From an uncultured Verrucomicrobiae bacterium (GTDB lineage: Bacteria > Verrucomicrobiota > Verrucomicrobiia > Palsa-1439), in NCBI GenBank assembly GCA_963842185.1, contig CAWJFL010000018.1, positions 1,262 to 65,261 of the forward strand: DNA of 64,000 bases, given 5' to 3'. Made by a program: the position numbers and the translations under genes. Shown in pieces: positions 1 to 10,127 of this stretch. The notes beneath the pieces are model-generated. The model saw nothing but the letters and a program-made list of their open reading frames with translations. It had not been told where the DNA came from and did no database searches. The first letter of the stretch is position 1. The number at the start of each line of letters is the position of its first letter.

Positions 1-581
1 TTGTTCGAGGCGGACAGCGGCAGCGGCACCATCTACGAATTCACCCCGAGCGGATCGCAAAGCACGTTGCCTCCGGGCTGAATCACCCGGCTGGTCTGGC
101 CTTTAACAGCGCCGGCAATTTGTTCGAGGCGGATCAGGGCAGCGGCAACATCTATGAATTCACCCCGAGCGGATCGAAAAGCACGTTTGCCTCCGGGTTG
201 ATCCCGATTAATCTGGCTTTCGACAGCGCCGGCAATCTGTTCGAGACGGATGCGGGCACCTTCGGCATCTATAAATTCACCCCGGGCGGAGCGCAAAGCT
301 CGTTTGCCTCCGGGTTAAGTTTCCCTAATGGCCTGGCTTTTAACAACGCGGGCACTCTGTTTGAGGCGGACGGGGGCCCCGGCACGGCCACGGCGACATC
401 AACGAATTCACGCCGGGCGGGGCAAAAAGCGCGTTTGTCTCCGCCGGGGTGGATCAACCTTTCTAGTCTGGCCTTCCAAGGCGTAACATTGCCCGTTCCC
501 GAACCAACCACTTGGTCGTTGCTGGTTCTGGGCGCAGTCGCGCTCCTCGGCGGTCTGCAACGGCGTCGCCGCTCCCTGTAA
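1..581 (+). CDS. PEP-CTERM surface protein with ~40-aa beta-propeller-type repeats (5'-partial, apparent indels)
   Basis: Repeats LFEADxGxGxIYEFTPxGxxSxFASGL. C-terminus VPEPTTWSLLVLGAVALLGGLQRRRR. The repeat register shifts frame near nt 68 and near 390-460. Confidence 0.8.
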   Translation, partial: VRGGQRQRHHLRIHPERIAKHVASGLNHPAGLAFNSAGNLFEADQGSGNIYEFTPSGSKSTFASGLIPINLAFDSAGNLFETDAGTFGIYKFTPGGAQSSFASGLSFPNGLAFNNAGTLFEADGGPGTATATSTNSRRAGQKARLSPPGWINLSSLAFQGVTLPVPEPTTWSLLVLGAVALLGGLQRRRRSL

Positions 582-833
582 TCCGCCCTGCCCCGACATC
601 CCTTGTCGGGGTCGCGGTGCTCCGCCGGCCGTCATCCCGAGCCTGTCGAGGGATCTCTGTCGTGCCGCCTCCCCCTTGTCGCGCCGTAGCTTCAGCGAAG
701 GCGGATAGCGACGGCGGATGCCGACCCGACGCAATTGGGGAGCCTCCGCCAAGGGCGTGGGCCGTCGAGGGCCACGTCAAGCATGCTGGGCTAAAACGGT
801 GGAGTGATTGTGTGTTGCACGACTTGGGCGTAG

Positions 834-2174
834 CTATCTCTTGAGGCGCTTAGCGCCGACATTAAAGCCCGGCTGTGGTATAACGAAATTGGGTTTGCCG
901 ACGCTTCCTGTCTGATAGAGAAATCTATTGCGTTTGGCGATCAAATTGTCGGGGTCGATTTTCAGAACCTGGTCGCAGAGCCCGATTGCCTTGGGGAACT
1001 CATTCAAGTGTGCCCAACAGACGCCAAGATTAACGAGGTTGCAAACATTGTCAGCACGAATCGCAAGGGCTTTTTCCAAGTGTACTTTCGCCATTTCGTA
1101 ATGTCCTTCGGCCGCTAGTATTTCACCGAGCGTTGAGTGCAATTCGTCGGGCGGAAGGCATTTAACGTGAATTTCCGCGAGCCAGTGGATGCGCTTTGAG
1201 ACATTCCAAAGAGCTTTGGAAGCTTTGCATAGAATGGCCGTCAATAGGTGGACTGAAGCTTGTGCGAAATGCAGTGCGGCTTCCATAGGAAAGTACAAAA
1301 ACAACAGGGCAGACAAAACGAACTGATACCTCGCAGAAGTTGCAAACTCGCCGAGCCGATAGTGGACGTCTTGGAGGTCGCCAAGTAACTGAGGAGAATT
1401 TCCACGCACTGAGTATGCTTTTTCCAAATAAAACGCAGCTTGTTCGTACTTACCAAGGTGAAGCAGGGATCGGCCTAGGTAGTCGTCAACGAGCCAGCCC
1501 TTGGCGCCCTGTTGAATGGCCATTTCCATCTGACGGACGGCTTCGGCATGATTCCCTGACATTCCATAGGACGTTGACAGAAGCAAGCGCCAGTAGGGGT
1601 CGGGACGAAGTCGGCCTGTGCGTCTAAACCATCTTTGTGCGATGACGTGCTTCCCTTGGACATCGCGGAGTATTCCGATCGCTGCAAACAACGTGGCGTG
1701 CTTTCGGGCTGGCCCTTTCAGTGCTAGGAGTATTAATTGGCGGAGCTGCACAACCTGATCGAATGGCTCGATAGGCCCAGACTTGGTGGCCCACTGGCGG
1801 AAAGATCGGTCCAGCGCTAAGCAGACAAGGAGCATGACCAAGGACTCGGTGTCTCCTGGCTGCGACTGAAGGTTTGTAAGGAGATTTTTGATTAGGCCAC
1901 TGCGGGAGGTAGTGCGCTTGAGTTTGGATGCGATAACGGCGACCGGGAAATCGGGCAAGGCATCGGTCTGGATGAGTCGCGCTAATGTGTCAAATTGTTG
2001 TTGGTTTTCAGCGCTTTGCTGCTCGGAAGACCATATTCCGAAGATCGTTCCCAACAGGCCGGCGCTGGTCAGAAGTATACCCAAGACGGGGTGAAGACCG
2101 AAAATGATGCCGCCAACGCCCCCGACAATTGCCAAGGCGCTAAGGAGAAAACACGTGCGAATCCGAGTCCTCAT
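834..2174 (-). CDS. Membrane-anchored tetratricopeptide repeat protein
   Basis: 446-aa ORF with two N-terminal hydrophobic helices and TPR motifs (e.g. LVNLGVCWAHLNEFPKAIGLCDQVLKIDPDN). More AT-rich than its flanks. Confidence 0.75.
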   Translation of the reverse strand: MRTRIRTCFLLSALAIVGGVGGIIFGLHPVLGILLTSAGLLGTIFGIWSSEQQSAENQQQFDTLARLIQTDALPDFPVAVIASKLKRTTSRSGLIKNLLTNLQSQPGDTESLVMLLVCLALDRSFRQWATKSGPIEPFDQVVQLRQLILLALKGPARKHATLFAAIGILRDVQGKHVIAQRWFRRTGRLRPDPYWRLLLSTSYGMSGNHAEAVRQMEMAIQQGAKGWLVDDYLGRSLLHLGKYEQAAFYLEKAYSVRGNSPQLLGDLQDVHYRLGEFATSARYQFVLSALLFLYFPMEAALHFAQASVHLLTAILCKASKALWNVSKRIHWLAEIHVKCLPPDELHSTLGEILAAEGHYEMAKVHLEKALAIRADNVCNLVNLGVCWAHLNEFPKAIGLCDQVLKIDPDNLIAKRNRFLYQTGSVGKPNFVIPQPGFNVGAKRLKR

Positions 2175-2371
2175 AGTCCGATGAATATGAACGTGTGAGC
2201 GGAGCTTAACGGGAGCACAATCGTTGTCCAGACAGAACTGGGACGGGGCGTTGGAACTCGGGACGCGGCGCGGTGTGCTGAACTAAGGGGGCAGCTGCGG
2301 TAGTTGTTTGCGACAGGGTGTGAAGCGCAGTCGTTCGTCACGGGCGAAATGCGGTGGGCGTAGCGGCGAGG

Positions 2372-2416
2372 ATCAGTCCGCGCCGGGCTTCATCTCGACA
2401 CGCACGGGTCCCTCGA
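2372..2416. repeat. 45-bp direct repeat, copy 1 (duplicate of the mscS 3' end)
   Basis: atcagtccgcgccgggcttcatctcgacacgcacgggtccctcga is identical to 3307-3351. Confidence 0.95.
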
Positions 2417-2722
2417 TGTGGACGCCGCACTGTGCGTCGTCTCAGCATCCCAACCCGCCAGCTTCGCAAACCGTCCACCGCGGGGAGCCATTTTGAGAAG
2501 CCGCAATTGGGGAGCGAGGTAATGGACAGGATGCGCCACAGGGTCGAAACGGATTTGACTTCGGCATCGTTTGCGATTTAGAATTTTCAAAATGAATACG
2601 AATTGTCCCCTGCCGCACGAGCGTCGAGAAAGCACAGTCTCATCAATTCCATCACGCAAGCGTCCGCTGGCGGAGGCGGTTGGTCTTGGACAAATATTAG
2701 CTGTTGAGTCGAGGTGACACCC

Positions 2723-3286
2723 ATGATGCCGACGAAAAAAGGGTTGGTTGATTTGGAACATGGGCGCAGCGTAACCGAAGCGATGCGGCTCAAAATAAAG
2801 AACGGGGACTGGGATGGACACGCGACGATCCGGGCAACGGCGCGGCTGGTTGACGAGGCTCGCATCGAAGGACGGGTGGGTAAGTTCCACTTTACAGCGG
2901 ATGAACCGCCCGAACGAGGCGGGAAAGATGCCGCGCCCAGTCCGCTCCAGTTTTTTGTAATCGGGGCCGCATTCTGCATGGTCTCGCAGGTCGCGCAGTT
3001 CAGCCCCGAGTTCGATGTCGTTTTGGATGAGGTGAAAATCGACCTGCGCGCTGAGTTCGACTCCTCGGAAAAATATGGGTTTCCTGGCGCGGGGACGGCC
3101 TTCCAGAAGGCAACTGTAAAGTTGTCCATCGTCAGCCCATCGCCGATTGACCGGGTCCGGGCGTTGATCAAGCACGCTGAAAAAGGGTGTCACGCCGTAC
3201 AGTCGCTGCGCAACCCGGTTCCTGTTTCTTATGATTTCGATCTCAACGGCGAAACACTGAAACTGGAGCAAGGCCAACTCGCGTGA
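2723..3286 (+). CDS. OsmC/Ohr family protein
   Basis: ADEPPERGGKDAAPSPLQ..AAFC and KGCHAVQSLRNPV motifs, with the two conserved Cys. Confidence 0.85.
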   Translation: MMPTKKGLVDLEHGRSVTEAMRLKIKNGDWDGHATIRATARLVDEARIEGRVGKFHFTADEPPERGGKDAAPSPLQFFVIGAAFCMVSQVAQFSPEFDVVLDEVKIDLRAEFDSSEKYGFPGAGTAFQKATVKLSIVSPSPIDRVRALIKHAEKGCHAVQSLRNPVPVSYDFDLNGETLKLEQGQLA

Positions 3287-3307
3287 AAACCGCGTTACCC
3301 ATGACAA

Positions 3308-4183
3308 TCAGTCCGCGCCGGGCTTCATCTCGACACGCACGGGTCCCTCGACATGGAGACTGCGCTGCGGGAACGGGATCTCAATCCCGTTCTGCTTGAA
3401 CTTGTCCCAGATCGCAAAGTTCAGTTGGCTCTCCAGATTGCCCGGCCGATGCGCCATGTCCGCCGCCCAGACCCGCAGCTCAAAATTGAGCGAACTCTCG
3501 CCGAATTCCTTGAATGCGACGGACGGCGCCGGATCCTTCAGCACGTTCGGGTTCTCATTGGCAATTTCGAGTAACACCTTCTCCACCACGTGCGGGTCGC
3601 TGCCGTAGCCGACACCGATCCCCAGCCGCAACCGCACCCGCGGATCGATATGCGTCCAGTTCACCACTCGATTGGTCACAAAATTCGAGTTCGGCACGAT
3701 CACCATGATGTTGTCGTTGGTCAACACATGCGTCGCCCGCGCGCCAATGCGCACCACCTTGCCAACCGTGTTGTTGCCGAGATCGATGCGGTCGCCAATC
3801 TGAATCGGCCGCTCCGCCAGGATGATCAGGCCGCTGACGAAATCGTTGACGATGTTTTGCAGACCCAGCCCGATGCCGACACCCAGCGCGCCCGCGATCA
3901 CCACCAGCGAATTCAGATTGATGCCCACCGTCTCCACGCCAATGAGCAGCCCCAGCACCAACACCACATAACTGACGATCCGCGCGATCGCATACTGCTG
4001 GCCGACGTCCAACTTTGTGTGCGCCAGCACCCGCGCCCGCAACAGGTAGCGAATCAGACGCGACAGCAGCACGACAAGGCCGGTGACAACGACAAATTCC
4101 ACCATCGTCGCCAGCGATATCCACGTCTGCCCCAACTGGAACAAGGGCTTGGTGAACACTCCCAATATCTCAGTCCATGTCAT
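3308..4183 (-). CDS. mscS: Small-conductance mechanosensitive channel
   Basis: GALGVGIGLGLQNIVNDFVSGLIILAERPIQIGD signature and C-terminal GIEIPFPQR. Confidence 0.93.
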   Translation of the reverse strand: MTWTEILGVFTKPLFQLGQTWISLATMVEFVVVTGLVVLLSRLIRYLLRARVLAHTKLDVGQQYAIARIVSYVVLVLGLLIGVETVGINLNSLVVIAGALGVGIGLGLQNIVNDFVSGLIILAERPIQIGDRIDLGNNTVGKVVRIGARATHVLTNDNIMVIVPNSNFVTNRVVNWTHIDPRVRLRLGIGVGYGSDPHVVEKVLLEIANENPNVLKDPAPSVAFKEFGESSLNFELRVWAADMAHRPGNLESQLNFAIWDKFKQNGIEIPFPQRSLHVEGPVRVEMKPGAD

Positions 4184-4188
4184 CTAAG

Positions 4189-5325
4189 TCATTTCCCGAT
4201 GGAAATCCACCGGTGCATTTTGGCGGACTTCTCGACCGCCTCCAGCACGATCTGGTTGGCCAGACCGTCTTCAAACGTCGGCTGCACCGAGTGTTTGTCC
4301 GCGACCGCGTTGATGAAGTCCGCAATCGTGTGCACGAACGTGTGTTCGTAGCCGATGATGTGGCCCGGCGGCCACCAGTTGCCGACGTACGGGTGCACTC
4401 CGCCGCCCTGCGTGACCAGTATGTCGCGGAATCCGCGACGGTCCGCCGGATCGGCATCGTTGTAATACTTCAATCGGTTCATGTCTTCAAAATCAAACAC
4501 CAGCGAGCCCTTGCTGCCGTTGATCTCGATCTGGATGCCGTTCTTGCGGCCGAGGGCGAACCGCGTGGCCTCCAAATTCGCCAGCGCCCCGTTCGCAAAT
4601 CGCCCAATGAACATGACCGCGTCATCAACCGTGACTTTCCCCTTCTTGCTCGGCTCGCCGGGCAGCGGACGCTCTTTGACAAACGTCTCCATCTGGCCGC
4701 ACACCTCCGTGAATTCGCCGATCAGGTACCGACCCAGGTCGATGATGTGCGCGTCGATGTCGCCGTGCGTGCCCGATCCCGCAATCTTGCTCTGCAACCG
4801 CCACACCAGCGGGAAGTTCGGGTCCACGATCCAATCCTGCGCATACCGCGCCCGGTAATGATAGATCGTCCCGAGGTCGCCCGCGTCGATCATTCGTTTC
4901 GCCTGCACAATCGCCGGGATGCGCCGGTAATTGTGACACACCATGTTGACCACGCCGGCCTTGTTCACCGCTTCGACCATCTGCTTCGCCTGTTTCACAT
5001 CCATCGCCAGCGGCTTCTCGCAGAGGATCGCCTTGCCCGCCTTGGCGGCCGCAATCGCAATCTCGGCGTGCGTGTCGTTGGGCGTGTTGATGTCCACAAC
5101 GTCGATGGTCGCGTCCTCCACCACCTCGTGCCAGTCGGTGACGAACTGGTGCCAGCCCCAGCGCGTGCACGCGTTCATGACGCCGATTTTCTCGCGGCCA
5201 CAGATCACTTTCAGGACGGGCCTGGCCTTCAGGTCGAAAAACTTGTCCGCCTTCACCCACGCGTTGGTGTGGGCGCGGCCCATGAATTTGTAGCCGATCA
5301 TTCCGACATTCAGGGTTCTTGGCAT
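4189..5325 (-). CDS. Gfo/Idh/MocA family oxidoreductase
   Basis: Start MPRTLNVGMIGYKFMGRAH, CEKP motif, GTHGDIDAHIID. Confidence 0.92.
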   Translation of the reverse strand: MPRTLNVGMIGYKFMGRAHTNAWVKADKFFDLKARPVLKVICGREKIGVMNACTRWGWHQFVTDWHEVVEDATIDVVDINTPNDTHAEIAIAAAKAGKAILCEKPLAMDVKQAKQMVEAVNKAGVVNMVCHNYRRIPAIVQAKRMIDAGDLGTIYHYRARYAQDWIVDPNFPLVWRLQSKIAGSGTHGDIDAHIIDLGRYLIGEFTEVCGQMETFVKERPLPGEPSKKGKVTVDDAVMFIGRFANGALANLEATRFALGRKNGIQIEINGSKGSLVFDFEDMNRLKYYNDADPADRRGFRDILVTQGGGVHPYVGNWWPPGHIIGYEHTFVHTIADFINAVADKHSVQPTFEDGLANQIVLEAVEKSAKMHRWISIGK

Positions 5326-5424
5326 AGGCTCATCCCTCACTCGCAAAAAAGGTTGAGATTTGGCGGGAAACATTATACTCATTGGCTTGCCCCGTTTGTC
5401 ACGAGAAAAGAGAGGAAATTGCCC

Positions 5425-6507
5425 ATGATGAAGCCGCACGTTAAGTTGTTTATCCCTGGCCCTGTGGAGGTTAGCGAGGATACGTTCCAGGCGATGAGCC
5501 AGCCCATGATCGGGCACCGCGGAACGGGCTTCCAGGACCTTTACGCCGCCATCCAGCCGAAATTGCAGGCCATTCTCTATACGAAGAATCCCGTCTTCAT
5601 TTCCACGTCGTCGGCCTGGGGCGTCATGGAAGCCGCCATCCGCAATCTCGTCGCCAAGAAGGTCCTCAACTGCTGCTGCGGCGCCTTCTCCGATAAGTGG
5701 TTCGATGTGAGCAAACGTTGCGGCAAGGAGGCCGAGGCCCTCAAGGTCGATTGGGGTCAACCGATCCTGCCCGAGGCGGTCGACGCGAAGCTCAAGACCG
5801 GTCAGTTCGACGCCATCACGCTCATCCACAACGAGACCTCCACGGGGTTGATGAATCCGCTCGCCGACATCGCGAAGGTCGTGCGCAAGTATCCCGAGGT
5901 CATGTTCATCGTCGACAGCGTCAGTTCCATGACCGCCGTGAAGATCGACACCGATGCGTTGGGCATCGACGTCCTGCTCGCCGGCACGCAAAAGGCGTGG
6001 GCGATGCCGCCGGGCCTCGCGGTGTTCGCCGTCAGCGACCGCGCGTTGAAGAAAGCCGAGACGATTCCCGGTCGCGGTTACTATTTCGATTTCCTCGAGT
6101 TCAAGGCCAACCATGACAAGAACATGACGCCGTCGACCCCGAGCATTGCGCACATCTACGGATTAAAGTTCAAACTCGACCAGTTTGAGAAGGAAGGCAT
6201 CGAGAACCGCTACGCCCGCCACGCCAAGATGGCGCAGAAGACCCGCGAATGGGCGAAGTCGCGCGGTTTCGAGCTCTTCCCGAAAGCCGGTTATGAATCC
6301 CTCACGCTGACCTGCATAAAGAACAACAAGAACATCGACGTGGCCAAGTTGCAGAAGGCGCTCAAGGACAAATACAAGGTCCAGATCGACGGCGGTTACG
6401 GCCAGATCAAGGGCAAGACGTTCCGCCTCGCCCACATGGGCGACGAGACGCTCGACACCGTGTCGCAATTGCACGTCATGATCGATGATTGCCTGAAGTC
6501 GTTGTGA
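5425..6507 (+). CDS. Class V PLP aminotransferase (serine-pyruvate/alanine-glyoxylate type)
   Basis: LFIPGPVEV, HNETSTG, VDSVSS, GTQKAW (PLP lysine), FRLAHMG. Confidence 0.92.
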   Translation: MMKPHVKLFIPGPVEVSEDTFQAMSQPMIGHRGTGFQDLYAAIQPKLQAILYTKNPVFISTSSAWGVMEAAIRNLVAKKVLNCCCGAFSDKWFDVSKRCGKEAEALKVDWGQPILPEAVDAKLKTGQFDAITLIHNETSTGLMNPLADIAKVVRKYPEVMFIVDSVSSMTAVKIDTDALGIDVLLAGTQKAWAMPPGLAVFAVSDRALKKAETIPGRGYYFDFLEFKANHDKNMTPSTPSIAHIYGLKFKLDQFEKEGIENRYARHAKMAQKTREWAKSRGFELFPKAGYESLTLTCIKNNKNIDVAKLQKALKDKYKVQIDGGYGQIKGKTFRLAHMGDETLDTVSQLHVMIDDCLKSL

Positions 6508-7016
6508 CAATCACAAAACAAGCTGTGCTCGACGCCGTCGCATCCTTGATGCGGCGGCGTTTCAACGTGGTCGCCGAACGCAACAAAGCGTTCGCTTGGG
6601 GCGATACCACGATTACCGCCGACCTGTATCTTCCCGACCCGCTCCATTGCATCGTGCAATTCGACGACGCATCCCATTGCACCCGCGAACGCGCCGAGAC
6701 CTTCGCGAATTATCCATCCGACACGCCGCTCAACTTCGACGTGCGCCGCTACCATGCCGACCAATCTCCCGGCGATGCCGTCCTCGCCCAATCCGACATG
6801 CTCGCCGATCTTCTTCCGCCCAAGCATGGCCTCAACCCAACCGTCCGCATCCGGTTTGATGAAATCGAGGAGTTGAACGGTCCGTTGCCCGATCGCATCG
6901 AGTCCCTGCTCTCCAAGCGCTTCGCCTGCCACGCCGGCACCACCTTCCACATCATGGTCGATAACGCCGGCGCCAAGCCCCATTCGCAAATGATGCACAA
7001 CAACCTATCTGACTAG
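6504..7016 (+). CDS. Hypothetical protein, possibly a degenerate PD-(D/E)XK/Vsr-like fold
   Basis: GTG start overlaps the upstream stop. ADLYLP..IVQFDDASH resembles the D..(E)xD..H core of Vsr/DUF559-like nucleases. Confidence 0.55.
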   Translation: MTITKQAVLDAVASLMRRRFNVVAERNKAFAWGDTTITADLYLPDPLHCIVQFDDASHCTRERAETFANYPSDTPLNFDVRRYHADQSPGDAVLAQSDMLADLLPPKHGLNPTVRIRFDEIEELNGPLPDRIESLLSKRFACHAGTTFHIMVDNAGAKPHSQMMHNNLSD

Positions 7017-7020
7017 CGTC

Positions 7021-7059
7021 TTGACAATCTCCACCTGATACCACACATTTGTGTGGTAT
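7021..7059 (+). promoter_or_regulatory. dinB promoter (-35 TTGACA) with an overlapping perfect palindrome
   Basis: TTGACA at 7021-7026. ATACCACACA-TT-TGTGTGGTAT at 7038-7059. Confidence 0.65.
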
Positions 7060-8458
7060 GATGGCGCGATACCAGCGAATCCTTCATGTTGACGGCGATT
7101 CGTTCTTTGCGTCATGCGAGATCGCGCTGGACCCGAAGCTAAAAAAAGTGCCCGTGTTTGTGGGCGGCGGACGACGCGGCGACGGCATCGTGATCGCTGC
7201 CAACTACCTCGCGAAAGCCTACGGCATCATCACCGGCATGGCGTGCTTCGAGGCCAAACACAAATGCCCCGACGGCGTGCTGGTGCGTCCGCACTACGAT
7301 GAATACCGCCGCCTCTCCCTGGAAATTTTCCGCCGCGTGCGCCATTACACTCCCCTGCTCGTGCCCACCTCCATCGACGAAGGCTTCCTCGATTTCACCG
7401 ATTCGCCCGCCGTGTTTCGCTGTCGCACCCCGGCGGAACTGATCACGCGCATGCGGCACGAACTCAAGGAAGAAGTCGGCGTGCCGGTATCGATGGGTCT
7501 TGGTTCCTCACGCTGGCTGGCAAAGTTGGCGACCGAACATTGCAAGCCCGACAACTTCTGCGAAGTCCCGGAAGACGAAGACAAGGAACGCGAGTTCCTG
7601 AAAAACATCCCCGTCCAGAAACTGGCCGGCATTGCCAAGCGCCGCGCGTTATCACTCCGGGCGCTCGGCATCTGGACACTCGGCGACGTGGCGCACCTGC
7701 CGTTGGGATTGTTGGAGAAACGCTACGGATTTTTCGGACTCGAACTCTGGCTGCTGGCCACAGGACAATTTCGCGAACGCTTGTCGTTGGCCAACAAACC
7801 CCGCACCTGCATCGGCAGCGCCACCACCCTGCCCTACGACGAGCCCGACTACGAAACCGCCCTGCTCTTCCTGCTCGACCAGACCGAGCGCACCGTGACG
7901 ACGTTCTTTCGCGAGAACCTTAAGGCCCGCGAGATGGGCGTGTACGTCCGCTTCAAAAACATGGAAGGCAACGGCCTGAGCGTGAAATTTCCCGCCGCGC
8001 AGTTCGAGCCGCGCCGGATCAATCCGCACGTGGAACAATTATTCCGTCAACTCGTCGCCCATCAGGAACAGCCGATCCGCCAGGTCTGCATCAATTTCTG
8101 GAACATGCAGCCGCTGGAACTCGAACCCGACATGTTTAACAACGACGTGGAGTACAAGCGCCGCGAATTGCATCATGCGTTGGAGGATATTGAAGCGCGT
8201 TACGGCAAACGTAGCGTCAAAACCGGCACACGCTTGCTGCTGGAACGGGAAGCGGCGTATCTGGTCGGCGAGAAAGCCAAATGTCCGTTCATCCCGCAAC
8301 GCGAGATGGAAATCAAGATGGACAATATCCCCGAGCCGATGCTCGATCTGGTGTACGAGGACGAATGGCAACCGTTGGAAAACACTCTGCCCGCCGCGCC
8401 GCTTCCCCTGCCCCGCACTTGGGGCCGCTCCACCAGCCGCACGTCGAAGTTTCGTTGA
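7058..8458 (+). CDS. dinB: Y-family DNA polymerase (Pol IV-like)
   Basis: ILHVDGDSFFASCE, ANYLAKAYGIITGM, SIDEGFLD catalytic motifs and a little-finger domain. Confidence 0.9.
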   Translation: MMARYQRILHVDGDSFFASCEIALDPKLKKVPVFVGGGRRGDGIVIAANYLAKAYGIITGMACFEAKHKCPDGVLVRPHYDEYRRLSLEIFRRVRHYTPLLVPTSIDEGFLDFTDSPAVFRCRTPAELITRMRHELKEEVGVPVSMGLGSSRWLAKLATEHCKPDNFCEVPEDEDKEREFLKNIPVQKLAGIAKRRALSLRALGIWTLGDVAHLPLGLLEKRYGFFGLELWLLATGQFRERLSLANKPRTCIGSATTLPYDEPDYETALLFLLDQTERTVTTFFRENLKAREMGVYVRFKNMEGNGLSVKFPAAQFEPRRINPHVEQLFRQLVAHQEQPIRQVCINFWNMQPLELEPDMFNNDVEYKRRELHHALEDIEARYGKRSVKTGTRLLLEREAAYLVGEKAKCPFIPQREMEIKMDNIPEPMLDLVYEDEWQPLENTLPAAPLPLPRTWGRSTSRTSKFR

Positions 8459-9076
8459 CTACAACTTCCCCTTCGTGCTCGGCACGCCTTTGACGCGTGG
8501 GTCGCGTTGGCACGCTTGATCGAGCGCTTTCGCCAGCGCTTTGAAGATGGCTTCGACGACGTGATGCGGTTCGTCGCCGCGCAGTACATCCACGTGCAGA
8601 TTGCACCGCGCTTCGTTGGCAAAGCCCTGCAGAAATTCTTTCACCAAACCGACACGAAATTCGTTTTTCCGACCAAGCGACACGTTGGCGATGCGGTTCC
8701 AGTTCTTCGCCTTAAACACGAGGAACGGCCGATTGCTGAAATCCAGTGCGATGCGCGCCTGTGCCAGCGTCTCGTCCATCGGCACCAAGGCCCAGCCGTA
8801 ACGTCGAATCCCGCGTTTGTCGCCGAGCGCCTCCACGAACGCCTGCCCCAGCGCGATACCGATGTCTTCGACGGTATGATGCGCGTCTACATCAAGATCG
8901 CCCTTCGCCTTGACGGTCAAATCACACAATGAATGTTTCGCCAGCAACATCAGCATGTGATCGAAGAACGGAACGCCCGTCGACACGTTCGCCTTGCCGC
9001 TCCCATCAATCGTCAGGGCCAGCAAAATCTTCGTCTCCGCCGTATCGCGTTGAACCTTAGCGCTTCGCTTTTTCAA
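8459..9076 (-). CDS. hisB: Imidazoleglycerol-phosphate dehydratase
   Basis: [10 protein letters not shown] and [10 protein letters not shown] motifs, C-terminal [12 protein letters not shown] start inferred. Confidence 0.95.
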   Translation of the reverse strand: MKKRSAKVQRDTAETKILLALTIDGSGKANVSTGVPFFDHMLMLLAKHSLCDLTVKAKGDLDVDAHHTVEDIGIALGQAFVEALGDKRGIRRYGWALVPMDETLAQARIALDFSNRPFLVFKAKNWNRIANVSLGRKNEFRVGLVKEFLQGFANEARCNLHVDVLRGDEPHHVVEAIFKALAKALDQACQRDPRVKGVPSTKGKL

Positions 9077-10127
9077 TGGTCTCCTTCGTGGATTCCAGAA
9101 ACTTGTCCATCTCCTCGTCCGTCCCAATCGTCACCCGCGCGAAATCGCGGATTCGATCAGCATCCCACCAGCGCACGAGTATCTTCCGCGTGCGCAGGCC
9201 GTCAAACCACTGTTTCGCGGTCACCGGTGCGGGCGGACGCGCAAACACGAAATTCGTTTGCGAAGGATAAACAAAGAACCCGAGTTTGGCGAGGGCCGAC
9301 ACGGTGCGCTCCCTCGTGGCGCAAATCTTTTTCACGTTTCCCTGGAAATAGTCCCACTCGTCCAGCGTGGCTTCCGCCCCGAGCTGACTGAGACGGCTCA
9401 CATTGTAGCTGTCCTTCACCTTGTGGAGCGCAGCGATCAACTCGCGCGATCCGGCGGCCCAGCCGATGCGCATCCCGGCAAACGAAAACGCCTTCGAAAA
9501 TGTTCGTGCTACGATCACGTTGTCGTATTCCCGCGCGAGGTCGAGGCAGTCCTCGGCGGCGAAATCGACGTATGCCTCATCGATCACGACCACCCCTTCG
9601 GCCTCTTCAATGACCCGTTGCAATGCGACGCGTTGCAGCCATACGCCGCTCGGCGCATTCGGCTGCGTGATGAATACCAGTTTGACACCCGCGAGCTTCG
9701 CCAGCAACGGCGGGTGCGCCGTGATCTGAAAGCTGTCGTCCAGCGGCAATTCCACCGGCGTCGCGCCCTGGATGTTTGCCAGCACGGGATACAGCGAATA
9801 GCTTGGCCAGAAATACGCCAGCTTCTCGCACTCACCGCAGAACGCGCGGACGCAGAGGTTCAAGATGTCATCGCAGCCGTTGCCAATGACAATCTCATCC
9901 GGATCGAAACCGTGTATCTTGCCCAGCTTCGTTCGCAATCCAGAAGACGTCGGATCGGGATACAACCGCAGTTTCCCGTCAATCGCCGCGCGCAATGTTT
10001 CCAGCACCTTCGGCGACGGTGGATACGGATTCTCGTTGGTATTGAGCTTGATGAGACCGGCGATCTTCGGCTGTTCGCCGGGAACATACGCGCTCATCCG
10101 CTCGACTTGGCGGCGGACCAGGCTCAT
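9057..10127 (-). CDS. hisC: Histidinol-phosphate aminotransferase
   Basis: [34 protein letters not shown]. Lies in the his operon. Confidence 0.95.
   Translation of the reverse strand: MSLVRRQVERMSAYVPGEQPKIAGLIKLNTNENPYPPSPKVLETLRAAIDGKLRLYPDPTSSGLRTKLGKIHGFDPDEIVIGNGCDDILNLCVRAFCGECEKLAYFWPSYSLYPVLANIQGATPVELPLDDSFQITAHPPLLAKLAGVKLVFITQPNAPSGVWLQRVALQRVIEEAEGVVVIDEAYVDFAAEDCLDLAREYDNVIVARTFSKAFSFAGMRIGWAAGSRELIAALHKVKDSYNVSRLSQLGAEATLDEWDYFQGNVKKICATRERTVSALAKLGFFVYPSQTNFVFARPPAPVTAKQWFDGLRTRKILVRWWDADRIRDFARVTIGTDEEMDKFLESTKETIEKAKR

Noticed and set aside
4177-6507. Long overlapping 776-aa (+) and 654-aa (-) ORFs
   Set aside because: These are antisense extensions of two divergent genes whose real starts are near 5425 (+) and 5325 (-).
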